DNA from: an uncultured Candidatus Saccharibacteria bacterium
Lineage (GTDB): Bacteria > Patescibacteriota > Minisyncoccia > Phycocordibacterales > UBA2163
Direction: 5' to 3'
Length of the DNA: 64,000 bases
Assembly (NCBI GenBank): GCA_964626705.1
Contig: CAZVGL010000001.1
Location: 4,441-68,440 of the forward strand
The notes below the pieces were generated by a model. The model saw only the letters and a list, made by a program, of their open reading frames with translations. It made no database searches and was not told the origin of the DNA. The position numbers were made by a program, and so were the translations under genes. This document shows positions 27,642 through 38,063 of this stretch, piece by piece (position 1 is the first letter of the stretch; every line of letters starts with the position of its first letter).

Positions 27642-28745
27642 TTACTTATTCATCGGCATGACTAAATAAAAGAAGCTATTATCCCCCACCCCTCTTACAA
27701 TAACAGGTTTACTTAACCCTGCGAATGATAGCGATACACTATCTTGGTTTATGGACTGGAAGCAATCTGATATGTATTTGTGGTTAAAATTTATATTAAG
27801 AGCATCGCCTGTTATAGCAGAGTCTACTGCGTCTGTAACCTCCCCTACGTTTTCATTTCTAGAGCTTACTGTGAACGACTTTTCTTCTTGATTAATAGAA
27901 AAACTAACCTGATTAAACTTATCTGAGAAAACATTGGTGTTTTTAAGCGTATTTATAATATCCTGCTTTAAAACTATCACTTCTGTAGTATGACTTTTAG
28001 GAACTATTTGTTTATAGTCAGGAAATGAGCCATTTATAAGCCTTGAGGTTAGATAAATCTTGTCAGAAACAAAAGAAATCTGATTATTACTGATATTTAT
28101 CTGTATATCACCACCAATATACTCTAAAACCCTTATAATCTCTGCTATATTTGAAAGTGGGATCAAAATAGGCTCAAAATCCTCTATTTTATCCTTAATT
28201 ATCAATGTTTTTTCTGCAAGTCTAAATGAATCCGTGGCTACAAATATAAGTTTTCCGTCATTATGGTAGATATAAACACTTGAAAGCTCTTGTTTTATAG
28301 ACGAAACAGAAGCACTAAACCATACTGATTTTAAGCCGTTTACTAAGTCTTTAGCCTTAATATGTATAGGATTATCTGATTTTACCTGAGGTAATGTAGG
28401 AAAATCATCATTTGGGACTGTATTTACAAGAGCATTAGTGCTTTTTGTGGATACTGTTAGGTTATTAGACACAACTTCCAAAACAATCTTATCAGAGCCA
28501 TAAATGGTTGAAATAAGACCATGTAAGACCTGTCCAGACACTGCGACTATCCCCTCTTTTTCCACTTTACATGCAACCTCTATTTCTATACCCAAGTCCA
28601 AGTTTGTAGACCGTACTGTAAACTTATTATCTTTTGCTATAAGTAGTAAATTATTTAAAACAGGAAGCGTTAAGTTCTTACCGCTTATCTTTTCAGCTAC
28701 TCCAATACTTTCCACCAAATTTTCTTTTATACATTCTATTTTCAT
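27642..28745 (-). CDS. dnaN: DNA polymerase III beta subunit (sliding clamp)
   Basis: 367 aa, MKIECIKENLVESIGVAEKISGKNLTLPVLNNLLL..., with a three-domain beta-clamp layout. Confidence 0.9.
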   Translation of the reverse strand: MKIECIKENLVESIGVAEKISGKNLTLPVLNNLLLIAKDNKFTVRSTNLDLGIEIEVACKVEKEGIVAVSGQVLHGLISTIYGSDKIVLEVVSNNLTVSTKSTNALVNTVPNDDFPTLPQVKSDNPIHIKAKDLVNGLKSVWFSASVSSIKQELSSVYIYHNDGKLIFVATDSFRLAEKTLIIKDKIEDFEPILIPLSNIAEIIRVLEYIGGDIQINISNNQISFVSDKIYLTSRLINGSFPDYKQIVPKSHTTEVIVLKQDIINTLKNTNVFSDKFNQVSFSINQEEKSFTVSSRNENVGEVTDAVDSAITGDALNINFNHKYISDCFQSINQDSVSLSFAGLSKPVIVRGVGDNSFFYLVMPMNK

Positions 28746-29011
28746 ATTGTATTAGTTATAGTTTAGTTTCTCTTAATTTATTTTATTACTACTATTACTT
28801 AGTGTGTGGATATGTGTATAACTTTCTCTTTTGTATATTCTTAAACATACTTTTTGTATTTATAATCCACATTTTCTTGTTGATAAGTTATGTATAAGTT
28901 GTTTTTAAAAACTGTATAACTTTCTTTTTTAAATAAACCTAAATCTATGTGAAACTTATGCAATAGTTGTTAACGTTTTTATACATAAGTTATCAACAGG
29001 CTTATCAACAG
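28746..29011. other. candidate oriC: DnaA-box cluster in the dnaA-dnaN intergenic region
   Basis: AT-rich 266-bp spacer with at least 5 DnaA-box-like 9-mers (TTATCCACA within 1-2 mismatches): 28805-13, 28863-71, 28878-86, 28990-98, 29002-10. Confidence 0.6.
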
Positions 29012-30388
29012 CTAACTTAGCATCATTCTTATCTGCTCCACCTCTTTTATAAGTAGGCTATCAACTTTCAGATCGTTTTTTATCTTTTCACATGAGTGAA
29101 TAACTGTAGTATGGTCTCGACCACCAAGCTTCTGACCTATAGTAGGGTATGAAACATTAAAATCTTCTCTCAGTATGTACATAATAAGTTGCCTTGGCTT
29201 CACAACTTCTTTAACACGTGTTTTTTTGTAAATAATATCTTCTTCAAGGTTATAAAAGTCTGCAACTTGTTTAATAACATCCTTTACAGAAACAGATTTC
29301 TTAGGTTTTACATTATTTTTTATAAGATTCTTCACATCACTTAAAGACAAGACTTTGTCTTTAAGTTGTGACTGACAGATGATGGAGTTTAGTATTCCTT
29401 CAAGCTCGCGTATGTTTCCATGAACGTTTGAAGCAAGGTAGTTTGTAACTTCATCGTCTATTATCAGCTTACTTTGTTGAGCTTTCGATTTTATAATAGC
29501 GATGCGAGATTCACTATCAGGAGACGGTATGTCTATTATCATACCTGAAGAAAACCTAGACTTTAAGCGGTCTTCTAGGTTTGGTATGAAGTTTGGGTGC
29601 TTGTCAGATGAAAATATAATCTGTTTATTGTTGTCATAAAGTGCATTAAAAAGATGGAATAGCTCTTCACGAGTTTTGTCCATTGTAGAGAGGAACTGGA
29701 TGTCATCTAGTATAAGCACATCGTATTTTCTATACTTTTCTTTAAAGAGTGTGTTGATCTTATTACTACGAAGAGCGCTTACGTAGTCCATAGCGAACTT
29801 TTCTGACGTAGTGTAAAACACTTTTGTGTCAGGGTTTCTTTTTTTAAGCTGATTCCCTATTGATTGGATAAGGTGTGTCTTACCGTGCCCAGTTCCACCA
29901 TAAATAAAAAGTGGATTGTAGACTATTCCCGGCTTTTCTACTACGGCTTGTGACGCAGCATGTGCAAGTTCGTTAAATGAACCTACGACAAATGTATCAA
30001 ATATGTATCTTGGGTTTAGATTGTCTTCTTTATTTATATAAAAATCATTCAAAGGTAGTTCTCTGTTTACACTTTGTTTTTCTTTTACGTCATCCCCCTT
30101 TTTTTCATCTTTTTTAACTATATATTCAAGTCCTCGTATACTTGGGACAAAATTTCTTAATATTTTTAGTATTGTTTTATGATATTTGTCAAAAAGCCAA
30201 CCTCTCGCGAACTCACTTTCTACACTTAAGTAGACTACATTGTCCTCTATTTTTATTATGTGTGTGTTTTTAAACCAAGTACTGAAATTTGCTTTAGATA
30301 TCTCAAGCTCTACATCAACGAGAGTGTTTTCCCAAAGTTCTTTTACATTAACTTCTTCTATTACATTATCGTTTATAGTTTCATTCAT
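29012..30388 (-). CDS. dnaA: chromosomal replication initiator DnaA
   Basis: AAA+ Walker A GGTGHGKTHL and the C-terminal DNA-binding domain (ILREDFNVSYPTIGQKLGGRDHTTVIH). Confidence 0.95.
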   Translation of the reverse strand: MNETINDNVIEEVNVKELWENTLVDVELEISKANFSTWFKNTHIIKIEDNVVYLSVESEFARGWLFDKYHKTILKILRNFVPSIRGLEYIVKKDEKKGDDVKEKQSVNRELPLNDFYINKEDNLNPRYIFDTFVVGSFNELAHAASQAVVEKPGIVYNPLFIYGGTGHGKTHLIQSIGNQLKKRNPDTKVFYTTSEKFAMDYVSALRSNKINTLFKEKYRKYDVLILDDIQFLSTMDKTREELFHLFNALYDNNKQIIFSSDKHPNFIPNLEDRLKSRFSSGMIIDIPSPDSESRIAIIKSKAQQSKLIIDDEVTNYLASNVHGNIRELEGILNSIICQSQLKDKVLSLSDVKNLIKNNVKPKKSVSVKDVIKQVADFYNLEEDIIYKKTRVKEVVKPRQLIMYILREDFNVSYPTIGQKLGGRDHTTVIHSCEKIKNDLKVDSLLIKEVEQIRMMLS

Positions 30389-30513
30389 AAATTTTTGAGA
30401 AAATTAAATATATTACACTTATTATATAGTTATAAGAAAATAATGTAACTTGATATTAAACGGAATATATGTTAATAAAGTGTTAACAACCTGTTAATAA
30501 CTTTAATAAAAAC

Positions 30514-30648
30514 ATGTCAAAAACATATCAACCAAAAGTAAGAAAGCGAGCAAAGACTCATGGGTTCTTAGTAAGAAAAAGAACTACAGGAGGTAGGAAT
30601 GTAGTTGCAAGAAGAAGAGCTAAGGGTAGGACTAAGCTTGCAGTATAA
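30514..30648 (+). CDS. rpmH: 50S ribosomal protein L34
   Basis: Translated by hand: [44 protein letters not shown] (44 aa). Below the ORF-track cutoff. Confidence 0.85.
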   Translation: MSKTYQPKVRKRAKTHGFLVRKRTTGGRNVVARRRAKGRTKLAV

Positions 30649-30653
30649 ATAGT

Positions 30654-30980
30654 GTGAAAATCAACATCAAACAATTATTTGGAGAGGTGTTGAAGAAAGG
30701 TAGAGGTTCTCACTCTCCACATATGTCAATAAAAGTGCTTTCAATGCCAGAAATAGGTAAAAGCGCCTTCTATTTCGTCGTTTCTGGGAAAATCATCAAA
30801 AAAGCAGTAAAACGTAACCTTTTTAAGCGCCGCGGGCGCCATATAACACGGTCTGAAAAAACAAAAGACGGCTACATAGCTATATTCTTCGCCAAAAAAG
30901 GCGCCGGAAACCTAGAACATTCTGATTATAAGGCAGAAATACTTGATTTAATGCAAAAAGCAAATATCTTAGCAAATTAA
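30654..30980 (+). CDS. rnpA: ribonuclease P protein component
   Basis: Directly follows rpm[16 protein letters not shown] is the RnpA basic motif. Confidence 0.8.
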   Translation: MKINIKQLFGEVLKKGRGSHSPHMSIKVLSMPEIGKSAFYFVVSGKIIKKAVKRNLFKRRGRHITRSEKTKDGYIAIFFAKKGAGNLEHSDYKAEILDLMQKANILAN

Positions 30981-31095
30981 ACTTGTGAGGGGTAAACCCT
31001 CACATATTATGTATTCATCGTATGGTATTTTATTGCCAGATTTGGTGATTTGTGTTATATTTAGGGTATATTTAAGCTTAATTTATATAAAAACT

Positions 31096-31674
31096 ATGTT
31101 AATTCCAACAGTTATAGAAAAATCACAATTTGGGGAAAGAGCTTTTGATATCTACTCTCGCCTACTTAAAGACAGAATAATCTTCCTTGCAGGCCCAATA
31201 GACGATAATGTCGCTAATATTATAATTGCCCAACTACTTTTTCTTGAGTCAGAAGACCCAAAGAAAGATATTCACCTATATATAAACTCACCTGGAGGCT
31301 ATATTCACTCAGGACTAGCTATTATGGACGCTATGAATCATGTAAAGCCAGATGTTTCTACTACATGTGTAGGTATAGCGGCTTCTATGGGTTCTGTACT
31401 ACTCTCAGCTGGTAAAAAAGGAAAGAGGTTTATACTTCCTCATGCTGAAGTGATGATACATCAACCTCTCGGTGGTGTGGAAGGTCAGGCATCTGATATC
31501 GAAATATCAGCAAAGCATATTCTTAAGCAAAAAGAGCTTATGAATAAGATTCTAGCTAAAAACACAGGTCATCCGTTAAAAGATATAGAAAAAGACGTGG
31601 ACCGAGACTATTATCTAGATGCTGAAGCAGCTAAGAAGTACGGTTTAGTAGATAAAATCTTAAAAACTAAATAA
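31096..31674 (+). CDS. clpP: ATP-dependent Clp protease proteolytic subunit
   Basis: Catalytic Ser (GIAASMGS) and His (MIHQPLGG). The likely start is the Met at 31096; the track ORF begins at 30985. Confidence 0.9.
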   Translation: MLIPTVIEKSQFGERAFDIYSRLLKDRIIFLAGPIDDNVANIIIAQLLFLESEDPKKDIHLYINSPGGYIHSGLAIMDAMNHVKPDVSTTCVGIAASMGSVLLSAGKKGKRFILPHAEVMIHQPLGGVEGQASDIEISAKHILKQKELMNKILAKNTGHPLKDIEKDVDRDYYLDAEAAKKYGLVDKILKTK

Positions 31675-31689
31675 ATTTATATATAAACA

Positions 31690-31728
31690 AAAAATACCCA
31701 GTTGTTCGTAAGCAACTGGGTATTTTTT
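31690..31728 (+). terminator. rho-independent terminator
   Basis: ATACCCAGTTG ttcgtaa GCAACTGGGTAT plus a T7 run. Confidence 0.7.
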
Positions 31729-31933
31729 TGCCTTTTTGCGAAAAATATGGTAAAGTGTTTATGTACAATTGATTAAAAATTTAAATTTGAAGTTTCGTTT
31801 CTTAATATCTAATCACCTTATGAAAGGTTTTGAAAGTCTAGTTTTACCTAAAAAATCTAATAATAGTAATAACTTAAGTTGTTTGAACACTTAAGGTGTT
31901 TATCTTATTAAGTGGTGAAGTTTCCACTTATAT

Positions 31934-33463
31934 ATGTCATTAAAAATAGTTTTAGTACTGCTATCTTTTGCAGGAGTGATCGGAATAGCTTTCGGTTATT
32001 TTTTGCGTTGGATCATTTCTCTCGGTAAGAAAGGTTCTATGGAGCTGGAGATCAAGCAAATGATGCTTGAAGCAAAAGAAGATGCAAAAAGGATAACAGC
32101 AGGTGCAGAACAAAAAGCAAAAGAGACACTACAAGAGCTTAAAGTTGAACTGAAAGAAAAAGGAGAGCAAACAAAGAAGAATGAAGACAGGCTTATTAAA
32201 AAAGAAGAGTTCTTAGACAAAAGACAGGTTGATATAGATAAAGAAGTAGAAGATGTTAAAAAGAAAATAGAAGAGATCAGGGGTATAAAAGAACGTGTCG
32301 ATGAGATGGATGCAAAAAAGAATATAGAACTTGAAAAGATTTCAAAACTTTCAACAGAACAAGCAAAAGAAGAAATATTGAAAGTTGCAGAAAAAGAATA
32401 CGAGGAAGATATCCTTACAAGAATACAGAAGATAGAAAACACAGGTAAAGAAAGACTTGAAAAGAAAGCAAGAGACATACTTACCTCTGCAATACATAGG
32501 TTTGGAAATGCAGTTCCTGCTGATGTAATGTCTACAAACATTACACTTCCGTCAGATGAGATAAAAGGAAAGATTATCGGTAAAGAAGGAAGAAACATTA
32601 AAGCGTTTGAAAAAGCAACAGGTGTGGATGTAATAATAGACGACACTCCTGGGGCTATAACTATATCTTCTTTTGACCCTGTAAGGCGTCAGATAGCTCG
32701 TGTAGCACTGGAAACACTTATAGTGGACGGACGAATACAACCAGCGAAGATAGAAGAGGTTGTGGAGAAGTCAAAAGAAGAAGTAAATAAAATAATAAAA
32801 GAAAAAGGAGAGCAAGCTGTGTTTGAAGTGGGTGTGTTTGGGCTTGACCCACGCGTCGTTTCTATCTTAGGGCGACTGTTCTTCCGTACAAGTTATGGGC
32901 AGAATGTTTTACAGCATTCTATAGAGATGGCACACATTGCAGGAATGCTCGCAGAAGAACTTGGGGCGGATGTAGCTGTTGCAAAAGCTGGTGCACTTTT
33001 ACACGACCTTGGAAAAGCTGTTGATCATGAAGTGCAAGGTACTCATGTTGAAATAGGAAGAAGGATTTTGCAGAAGTTTGGTTCGAATGAAAAAATAATA
33101 GAAGCTATGCAGTCTCACCACGAAGAGTATCCGTATGAAACAGTAGAGTCTATTATAGTGCAGGTCGCTGACAGTATTTCGGGTGGAAGGCCTGGTGCGC
33201 GTCGCGACTCTGTTGAAAACTATTTGAAACGACTTGAAGAGCTTGAAGCTATTGCAAACACACATAAGGGAGTTGAAAAATCTTATGCTATTCAAGCAGG
33301 ACGAGAGGTTCGTGTATTTGTAACGCCAGAAAAAGTAACAGACTTGGAAGCAAAAAACATGGCGAAAGATATTGCACATAAAATAGAAGAGGATTTGAAG
33401 TATCCGGGTGAAATAAAGGTTAATGTTATACGAGAATCTAGAAGTATTGAATACGCTAGATAA
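31934..33463 (+). CDS. rny: ribonuclease Y
   Basis: N-terminal TM helix, coiled coil, KH domain (GKEGRNIKAFEKATGVDVIID) and HD domain (LLHDLGK); 509 aa. Confidence 0.9.
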   Translation: MSLKIVLVLLSFAGVIGIAFGYFLRWIISLGKKGSMELEIKQMMLEAKEDAKRITAGAEQKAKETLQELKVELKEKGEQTKKNEDRLIKKEEFLDKRQVDIDKEVEDVKKKIEEIRGIKERVDEMDAKKNIELEKISKLSTEQAKEEILKVAEKEYEEDILTRIQKIENTGKERLEKKARDILTSAIHRFGNAVPADVMSTNITLPSDEIKGKIIGKEGRNIKAFEKATGVDVIIDDTPGAITISSFDPVRRQIARVALETLIVDGRIQPAKIEEVVEKSKEEVNKIIKEKGEQAVFEVGVFGLDPRVVSILGRLFFRTSYGQNVLQHSIEMAHIAGMLAEELGADVAVAKAGALLHDLGKAVDHEVQGTHVEIGRRILQKFGSNEKIIEAMQSHHEEYPYETVESIIVQVADSISGGRPGARRDSVENYLKRLEELEAIANTHKGVEKSYAIQAGREVRVFVTPEKVTDLEAKNMAKDIAHKIEEDLKYPGEIKVNVIRESRSIEYAR

Positions 33464-33465
33464 AA

Positions 33466-33530
33466 CCTTCGCTCCTCAAGGTCTCACCTTCGCTTGAATG
33501 AAGTGGAGCGGAGGTGAGTCCTTGTGGAGC
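33466..33530. repeat. dispersed palindromic intergenic repeat, copy R5 (variant)
   Basis: ccttcgctcctcaaggtctcaccttcgcttgaatgaagtggagcggaggtgagtccttgtggag. Confidence 0.65.
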
Positions 33531-33653
33531 ATAAACAAGTTTTCCACACCTATTTCTAAGGGTATTGCTTAAATGGTGGCTTAATATATAATTATCCTAT
33601 AGTAATAAATCGGTCGAGTTTAGTAAGTACATAAATTCATACCATTACATATT

Positions 33654-33926
33654 ATGAACAAAGCAATAATTGCAGAAAAAGTTCACGAAATGCTTGGAGG
33701 TACAAAAGTTCAAGCAGAAAAAGCAGTTGATATGGTTGTAGATTCTATCGTAGAAGGCCTAAAAGGAGGAGATGAAGTATCTCTAGCAGGTCTTGGAATC
33801 TTCTCAACAAAGATGCGAGCAGCTCGTCAGGGACGAAACCCTCGTACAGGAGAGAGCATCCAGATCCAAGCTATGCGAATTCCTAAATTTAGAGCAGCAA
33901 AAGCTCTTAAGGACGCAGTAAAATAG
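33654..33926 (+). CDS. hup: DNA-binding protein HU
   Basis: MNKAIIAEKV...GFGTF-like arm RNPRTGESIQIQAMRIPKFRAAKALKD. Confidence 0.9.
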   Translation: MNKAIIAEKVHEMLGGTKVQAEKAVDMVVDSIVEGLKGGDEVSLAGLGIFSTKMRAARQGRNPRTGESIQIQAMRIPKFRAAKALKDAVK

Positions 33927-33945
33927 TATTTTTCTCTAGAGGAAA

Positions 33946-33979
33946 CAAAAAAACCCGCCATATGGCGGGTTTTTTTTGT
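33946..33979. terminator. bidirectional terminator
   Basis: AAAAAAACCCGCCATATGGCGGGTTTTTTTT. Confidence 0.75.
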
Positions 33980-33985
33980 TTGATG

Positions 33986-34056
33986 TGCGGGTAGGGGGAA
34001 TCGGACTCCCGTCTACTGCTTGGAAGGCAGTCGTTCTACCACTAAACTATACCCGC
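33986..34056 (-). tRNA. tRNA-Gly (anticodon TCC)
   Basis: Reverse complement reads GCGGGTATAGTTTAGTGGTAGAACGACTGCCTTCCAAGCAGT.... Anticodon loop CTTCCAA. One A·C mismatch in the T-stem. No encoded CCA. Confidence 0.75.
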
Positions 34057-34093
34057 AATAGAATGAATAGTATCAAAAAATAAACAAAAAACA

Positions 34094-34124
34094 AACCCCA
34101 TCGCAAAGCGATGGGGTTTGTTTC
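34094..34124. terminator. bidirectional terminator
   Basis: AAACCCCATCGCAAAGCGATGGGGTTTGTTT. Confidence 0.6.
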
Positions 34125-34127
34125 TGA

Positions 34128-34226
34128 CTATGCTTCTGCTTCGTCAGTTGCTGGAGCTTCCTCTGCAGGAGCTTCAGTTGCTGCAGGAGTTTCTTCTACT
34201 CCTTCTGGTGTTGTATTCTCTTCCAT
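34128..34226 (-). CDS. candidate small acidic protein (32 aa)
   Basis: MEENTTPEGVEETPAATEAPAEEAPATDEAEA. GC-rich relative to the background. A terminator follows it and a TTGACA-N16-TATACT promoter lies upstream. No Shine-Dalgarno sequence. Confidence 0.2.
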   Translation of the reverse strand: MEENTTPEGVEETPAATEAPAEEAPATDEAEA

Positions 34227-34362
34227 AAAACTATTTTATTAAAGCTCAAATGTGCCTCTTGGACGTATTTAAACTTGCTTATAAACAAACAAAAACTCAG
34301 GAAAACCCAAGCTTCTATACTCAACAGTATACACGAATGGAAACATTTGTCAATACCCTGCA

Positions 34363-35568
34363 ATGGTTATATGCCTTAGTCAATCTCTTGTGTATAATAT
34401 TAATATTGTTATGAAATCAACTATCTATACTATTTTTATAGGTGTCATTGTCATGTTTTTTGCCCTGTTGCTTTATGTGCCAGACGAAACAGTTCTTGAT
34501 ACAGCTCAAGTGCAAGATTTAGGTGCGTCTGAGGTGGTAGTGGTAGAAGATGTTGAGGTTTCTGAGCTAGAACCTACCGAAGAAGAACCCGAAATACTTA
34601 TTGTCGAAGAGGAGGTGGAGGTAGTAGTGGATCTTCCAGCAGAAGTAGTTGTCGAACAGCCTATCGCACCAGAAGTTGAAGAGGTTGAAGAGAAAATAGA
34701 AGAATTACCGCAAGTGTCGTTCACAAAAATAAATGAAGTTACAAGAAAAGCTATTGTTAATATTTTTTGTACTACAAAAAGTGGTGGGTCTTTTAAACCA
34801 ACAACAGGAAGCGGGGTTATTATAGATGAGCGAGGTGTGATACTTACAAATGCACATGTTGCACAATATTTTTTATTGGAAAATTATTTAACTGAAGGTT
34901 TTATTAATTGTGTTATACGAACAGGCTCCCCTGCTATACCACTTTATAAAGCAAAACTTATTTTTATATCGCCGTCGTGGGTCAATGCAAATGCAAACAA
35001 TATTATACAGCAGTCTCCAAAAGGTACAGGTGAAGACGACTACGCATTGCTTCTGATAACAGAACGTACTGACCCCACTGCAGACCTTCCAGAAAGTTTT
35101 TCTTTTATTGAACCGCTTTATAATAGTGGAAGTATTGAAACCGGAGACGGTGTTCTACTTGCTGGTTATCCAGCAGGGTTTTTAAGTGGTATTACTATTG
35201 CTAAAAATCTTTATATAAGCTCGGCTATTACAAGCGTGATGGAGCTATTTACTTTTAGAGATGGTACATTAGACCTGTTTTCAATAGGCGGTTCTGTGGT
35301 GGCTCAACAGGGTTCTTCTGGGGGTGCTGTCGTAGATACAAACAACAGACTACTTGGCGTTATAGTTACAAGTTCTGTAGCAGATGCAACAGATGAACGT
35401 GATTTGCGCGCCATAACCATAGCTCATATAAACAGAAGTTTTGTGAAAGATACAGGTTTTGATCTGCAAACACTCTTTAGTGGTAATATGGAGGCCGAAG
35501 TAAATGCCTTTGAAGAAAACCTAGCACCTGCTCTTACACAGTTGTTAGCAGATGAGCTGGATAAATAA
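34363..35568 (+). CDS. membrane-anchored trypsin-like (S1 family) serine peptidase
   Basis: Catalytic triad contexts TNAHV, DYALL and GSSGGAV. TM helix, then an acidic low-complexity linker. The likely start is the Met at 34411. Confidence 0.75.
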   Translation: MVICLSQSLVYNINIVMKSTIYTIFIGVIVMFFALLLYVPDETVLDTAQVQDLGASEVVVVEDVEVSELEPTEEEPEILIVEEEVEVVVDLPAEVVVEQPIAPEVEEVEEKIEELPQVSFTKINEVTRKAIVNIFCTTKSGGSFKPTTGSGVIIDERGVILTNAHVAQYFLLENYLTEGFINCVIRTGSPAIPLYKAKLIFISPSWVNANANNIIQQSPKGTGEDDYALLLITERTDPTADLPESFSFIEPLYNSGSIETGDGVLLAGYPAGFLSGITIAKNLYISSAITSVMELFTFRDGTLDLFSIGGSVVAQQGSSGGAVVDTNNRLLGVIVTSSVADATDERDLRAITIAHINRSFVKDTGFDLQTLFSGNMEAEVNAFEENLAPALTQLLADELDK

Positions 35569-36627
35569 TTATTTAGCTACAAAAACTTTCTGAGTTGGGT
35601 AAGCAAACTCTATCCCCTCTTTTTCAAACATCTCTAGAAGTGCAAAGTTAAATCCTTCTTGCGCATCCATATAAATATTGTAATCATCTGTTGTTATAAG
35701 ATACACTACTTCAAAGTTTAGAGAAAAATCTCCAAGTTGTTTGAAATGAACTCTACTAAACTCTGTATTTTCTAAGTTATTAAAAATATTTTCTACTATT
35801 TGTTTAATCTTTTTTATTTTCTCTACTGGAGTCTCATAAAGTATTCCAAAAGAAGATACAACCCTTCTTTTTTCAAGTTTTTTGAAGTTTTGTACACGCG
35901 CACTTGTGAGCTCACTGTTTGAGATCACAATCTCTTCTCCTTGTAGTGCTCGTAGACGTGTTGTTTTAATACCGATCTTTTCTACAACTCCTGAATGAGC
36001 TCCTGCAACTATGAAATCCCCTATTTTGAATGGTTTATCAAAATAAATAGAGAATGAACTAAATACATCACCTAGAATATTCTGAAGTGCAAATGCTATA
36101 GCAACACCACCAATACCAAGTCCAGCTATTAATGATGTGATATCAATACCAAGATTTGAGAAAATAAGAAGAAGTCCAACTGCCCAAAGTATTATCTTTG
36201 ATATAAGTCCTATGTAGTTTATCGCTGACTTTGCACCAGCATCGTCTTCTTTTGCAAACTTTTTCTTAAGTATGTAATTAATAAGTATCTGAACCCCTGT
36301 TATGATTTGATACACCACCCACACAACTAACACACCTCCTATAATCTTCATTGTAAGCGCTCCTAGTGCAAGAAACTTCACTGCGAAGAAGAATGCTAAG
36401 AAATAGTAAAAAGCAGGCTTCAGGCTCTTTGTGATAGCTATTAGAGTGTCATCTAGGTCTGTCTTGGTGCTTTCCGCAAGTTTCCCTAGTCTTTTCAGGA
36501 TAAAATACTGAACAAGTTTGAAAACTATGAGTAATACTATGAATAGTCCGACAGCTTTAGCGTATTCAAGTAGTGAATTACCGAAATATACTGCGCTGAA
36601 ATTGATATTTGATATGAAATTAGTCAT
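35569..36627 (-). CDS. mechanosensitive ion channel, MscS family
   Basis: TM helices plus the MscS beta domain (FKIGDFIVAGAHSGVVEKIGIKTTRLRALQGEEIVISNS). Confidence 0.85.
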   Translation of the reverse strand: MTNFISNINFSAVYFGNSLLEYAKAVGLFIVLLIVFKLVQYFILKRLGKLAESTKTDLDDTLIAITKSLKPAFYYFLAFFFAVKFLALGALTMKIIGGVLVVWVVYQIITGVQILINYILKKKFAKEDDAGAKSAINYIGLISKIILWAVGLLLIFSNLGIDITSLIAGLGIGGVAIAFALQNILGDVFSSFSIYFDKPFKIGDFIVAGAHSGVVEKIGIKTTRLRALQGEEIVISNSELTSARVQNFKKLEKRRVVSSFGILYETPVEKIKKIKQIVENIFNNLENTEFSRVHFKQLGDFSLNFEVVYLITTDDYNIYMDAQEGFNFALLEMFEKEGIEFAYPTQKVFVAK

Positions 36628-36846
36628 TTTTTGTATGGTTATTATTATGTATTATTGACATATCTTATAATATATTGCTTTATTATGCAAATCCCCTACT
36701 CATCATTTATCTGTAAAGCTATTGACATGGTATAAGGGTATGTGATATGGTGTTAGCTTCGTAGTACATTACAGTTGAATATTACATAAGCCCGCCACGA
36801 CCACAATTCTATATTTTCTTATAATTGTTAAAAAGGAGTTGGTTTT

Positions 36847-37383
36847 ATGGAAACAGGTTTAAAAAAAGGATTATTGACACATGGTTTTAATAATGATTTG
36901 GAAGAAAGTCTTAAAACAATTCTGAGTGAATATGGCATACCTATTACATCTAACAACTCTTTTGGCGAAACCCTAAAGGCAATAGACACGAATTCGTTAA
37001 GCTTTAACGGTTTAATAATTAATGCCAAAGACCTTCCGATCGATGCTATAGGTACAGAACTTCACAAATCTATTTCTGGAATGACTGGGTTAATCCAGGA
37101 AGCTTTGAGTAAGAAGTTGCCGGTGATCATAGTTAGTCGTACGGGTGATAATTATTTTATCACTTTGAACGGCACTCTTATGACGGTTTCCGATGATCTC
37201 AGGAAAAATGTTACCATGGGTCTTACCAAAGAAATCCTTACAAAAGAAGATCTTGCAGACCTGTTCATCAGGAGTGCAGAAAAGACTTCTTTTGTAGATA
37301 AAGCTTGGGATTTCGAACCTATCAGTGCTTCCGACACCTTAGAAAAGATTGAGGATAAGAAGACAGAAAAGTCACTGGCTTAA
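36847..37383 (+). CDS. hypothetical protein
   Basis: 178-aa ORF preceded by an AGGAG ribosome-binding site. No family recognised. Confidence 0.5.
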   Translation: METGLKKGLLTHGFNNDLEESLKTILSEYGIPITSNNSFGETLKAIDTNSLSFNGLIINAKDLPIDAIGTELHKSISGMTGLIQEALSKKLPVIIVSRTGDNYFITLNGTLMTVSDDLRKNVTMGLTKEILTKEDLADLFIRSAEKTSFVDKAWDFEPISASDTLEKIEDKKTEKSLA

Positions 37384-37542
37384 CTCAGTTTCTGTTGTAG
37401 ATTGTAAATTAGTAGATGGTTAAATTTAATTCGTTTATAATTTATTGTTTCATCTTTAAAAATGGCTGTGGCGGCTTATGTAATTGTAGTTATTGTCCTG
37501 GGGATTCCGTATGAATTCCTAGGGCTTTTGTTTTGTAAAAAT

Positions 37543-37613
37543 TCGGGGAGCCGAGAATCGAACTCGGGCCGCTCGGTCCCAAACCGAGTACACTACCACT
37601 ATGCTACACCCCG
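37543..37613 (-). tRNA. tRNA-Pro (anticodon TGG)
   Basis: Reverse complement reads CGGGGTGTAGCATAGTGGTAGTGTACTCGGTTTGGGACCGAG...CCGAGTTCGATTCTCGG. Anticodon loop TTTGGGA. One acceptor-stem mismatch. Confidence 0.75.
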
Positions 37614-37664
37614 TATAATGTTTCTTAGTATAAGTTATTTACGTAATAAACTCAACATTTTGTC

Positions 37665-38063
37665 CTATATAACTATATCTTCTAAAAACTGAACCTTTGC
37701 TTTTTTATTAGACATATCAAGATATATCGCTATTACATCAAACTGCCAATCCGTATCGTCACTTCCCTTTTCTAATAAATACGTTTGAATAGTCCTAGAT
37801 AAACGCTTTAGTTTCCATGGATGTATATTATCTTCTGGTCTGTAGGAGTCTGTTTCATATGGAACGTTATCTAATGTTACACATGAAACAGTTTTAACTT
37901 CTATAAACCGTAAAATCCCCTCTTTCTTTGCAATTATGTCTATTTCTCCCCATTTTTTCCAGTAATTCCTCTCAACTATCTCAAATCCATGTTTCATAAG
38001 AAACCTACAAGACACATTTTCACCAATTTCCCCCACTTTTTGCTTATCTGTTTTGGTTCCCAT
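37665..38063 (-). CDS. YraN (UPF0102) family endonuclease-like protein
   Basis: GEIGENVSCRFLMKHGFEIVERNYWKKWGEIDIIAKK...IEVKT is the YraN signature. Confidence 0.7.
   Translation of the reverse strand: MGTKTDKQKVGEIGENVSCRFLMKHGFEIVERNYWKKWGEIDIIAKKEGILRFIEVKTVSCVTLDNVPYETDSYRPEDNIHPWKLKRLSRTIQTYLLEKGSDDTDWQFDVIAIYLDMSNKKAKVQFLEDIVI

Noticed and set aside
31996-32646. Antisense 216-aa ORF inside rny, and similar antisense or overlapping track ORFs (462..698, 5228..5833, 19609..20199, 39627..40100, 46042..46518, 53685..54194, 61897..62715, 17073..17585, 4453..4821)
   Set aside because: They lie entirely within and opposite to well-supported genes, and have low-complexity Ser/Phe/Leu-rich translations typical of antisense frames in AT-rich DNA.
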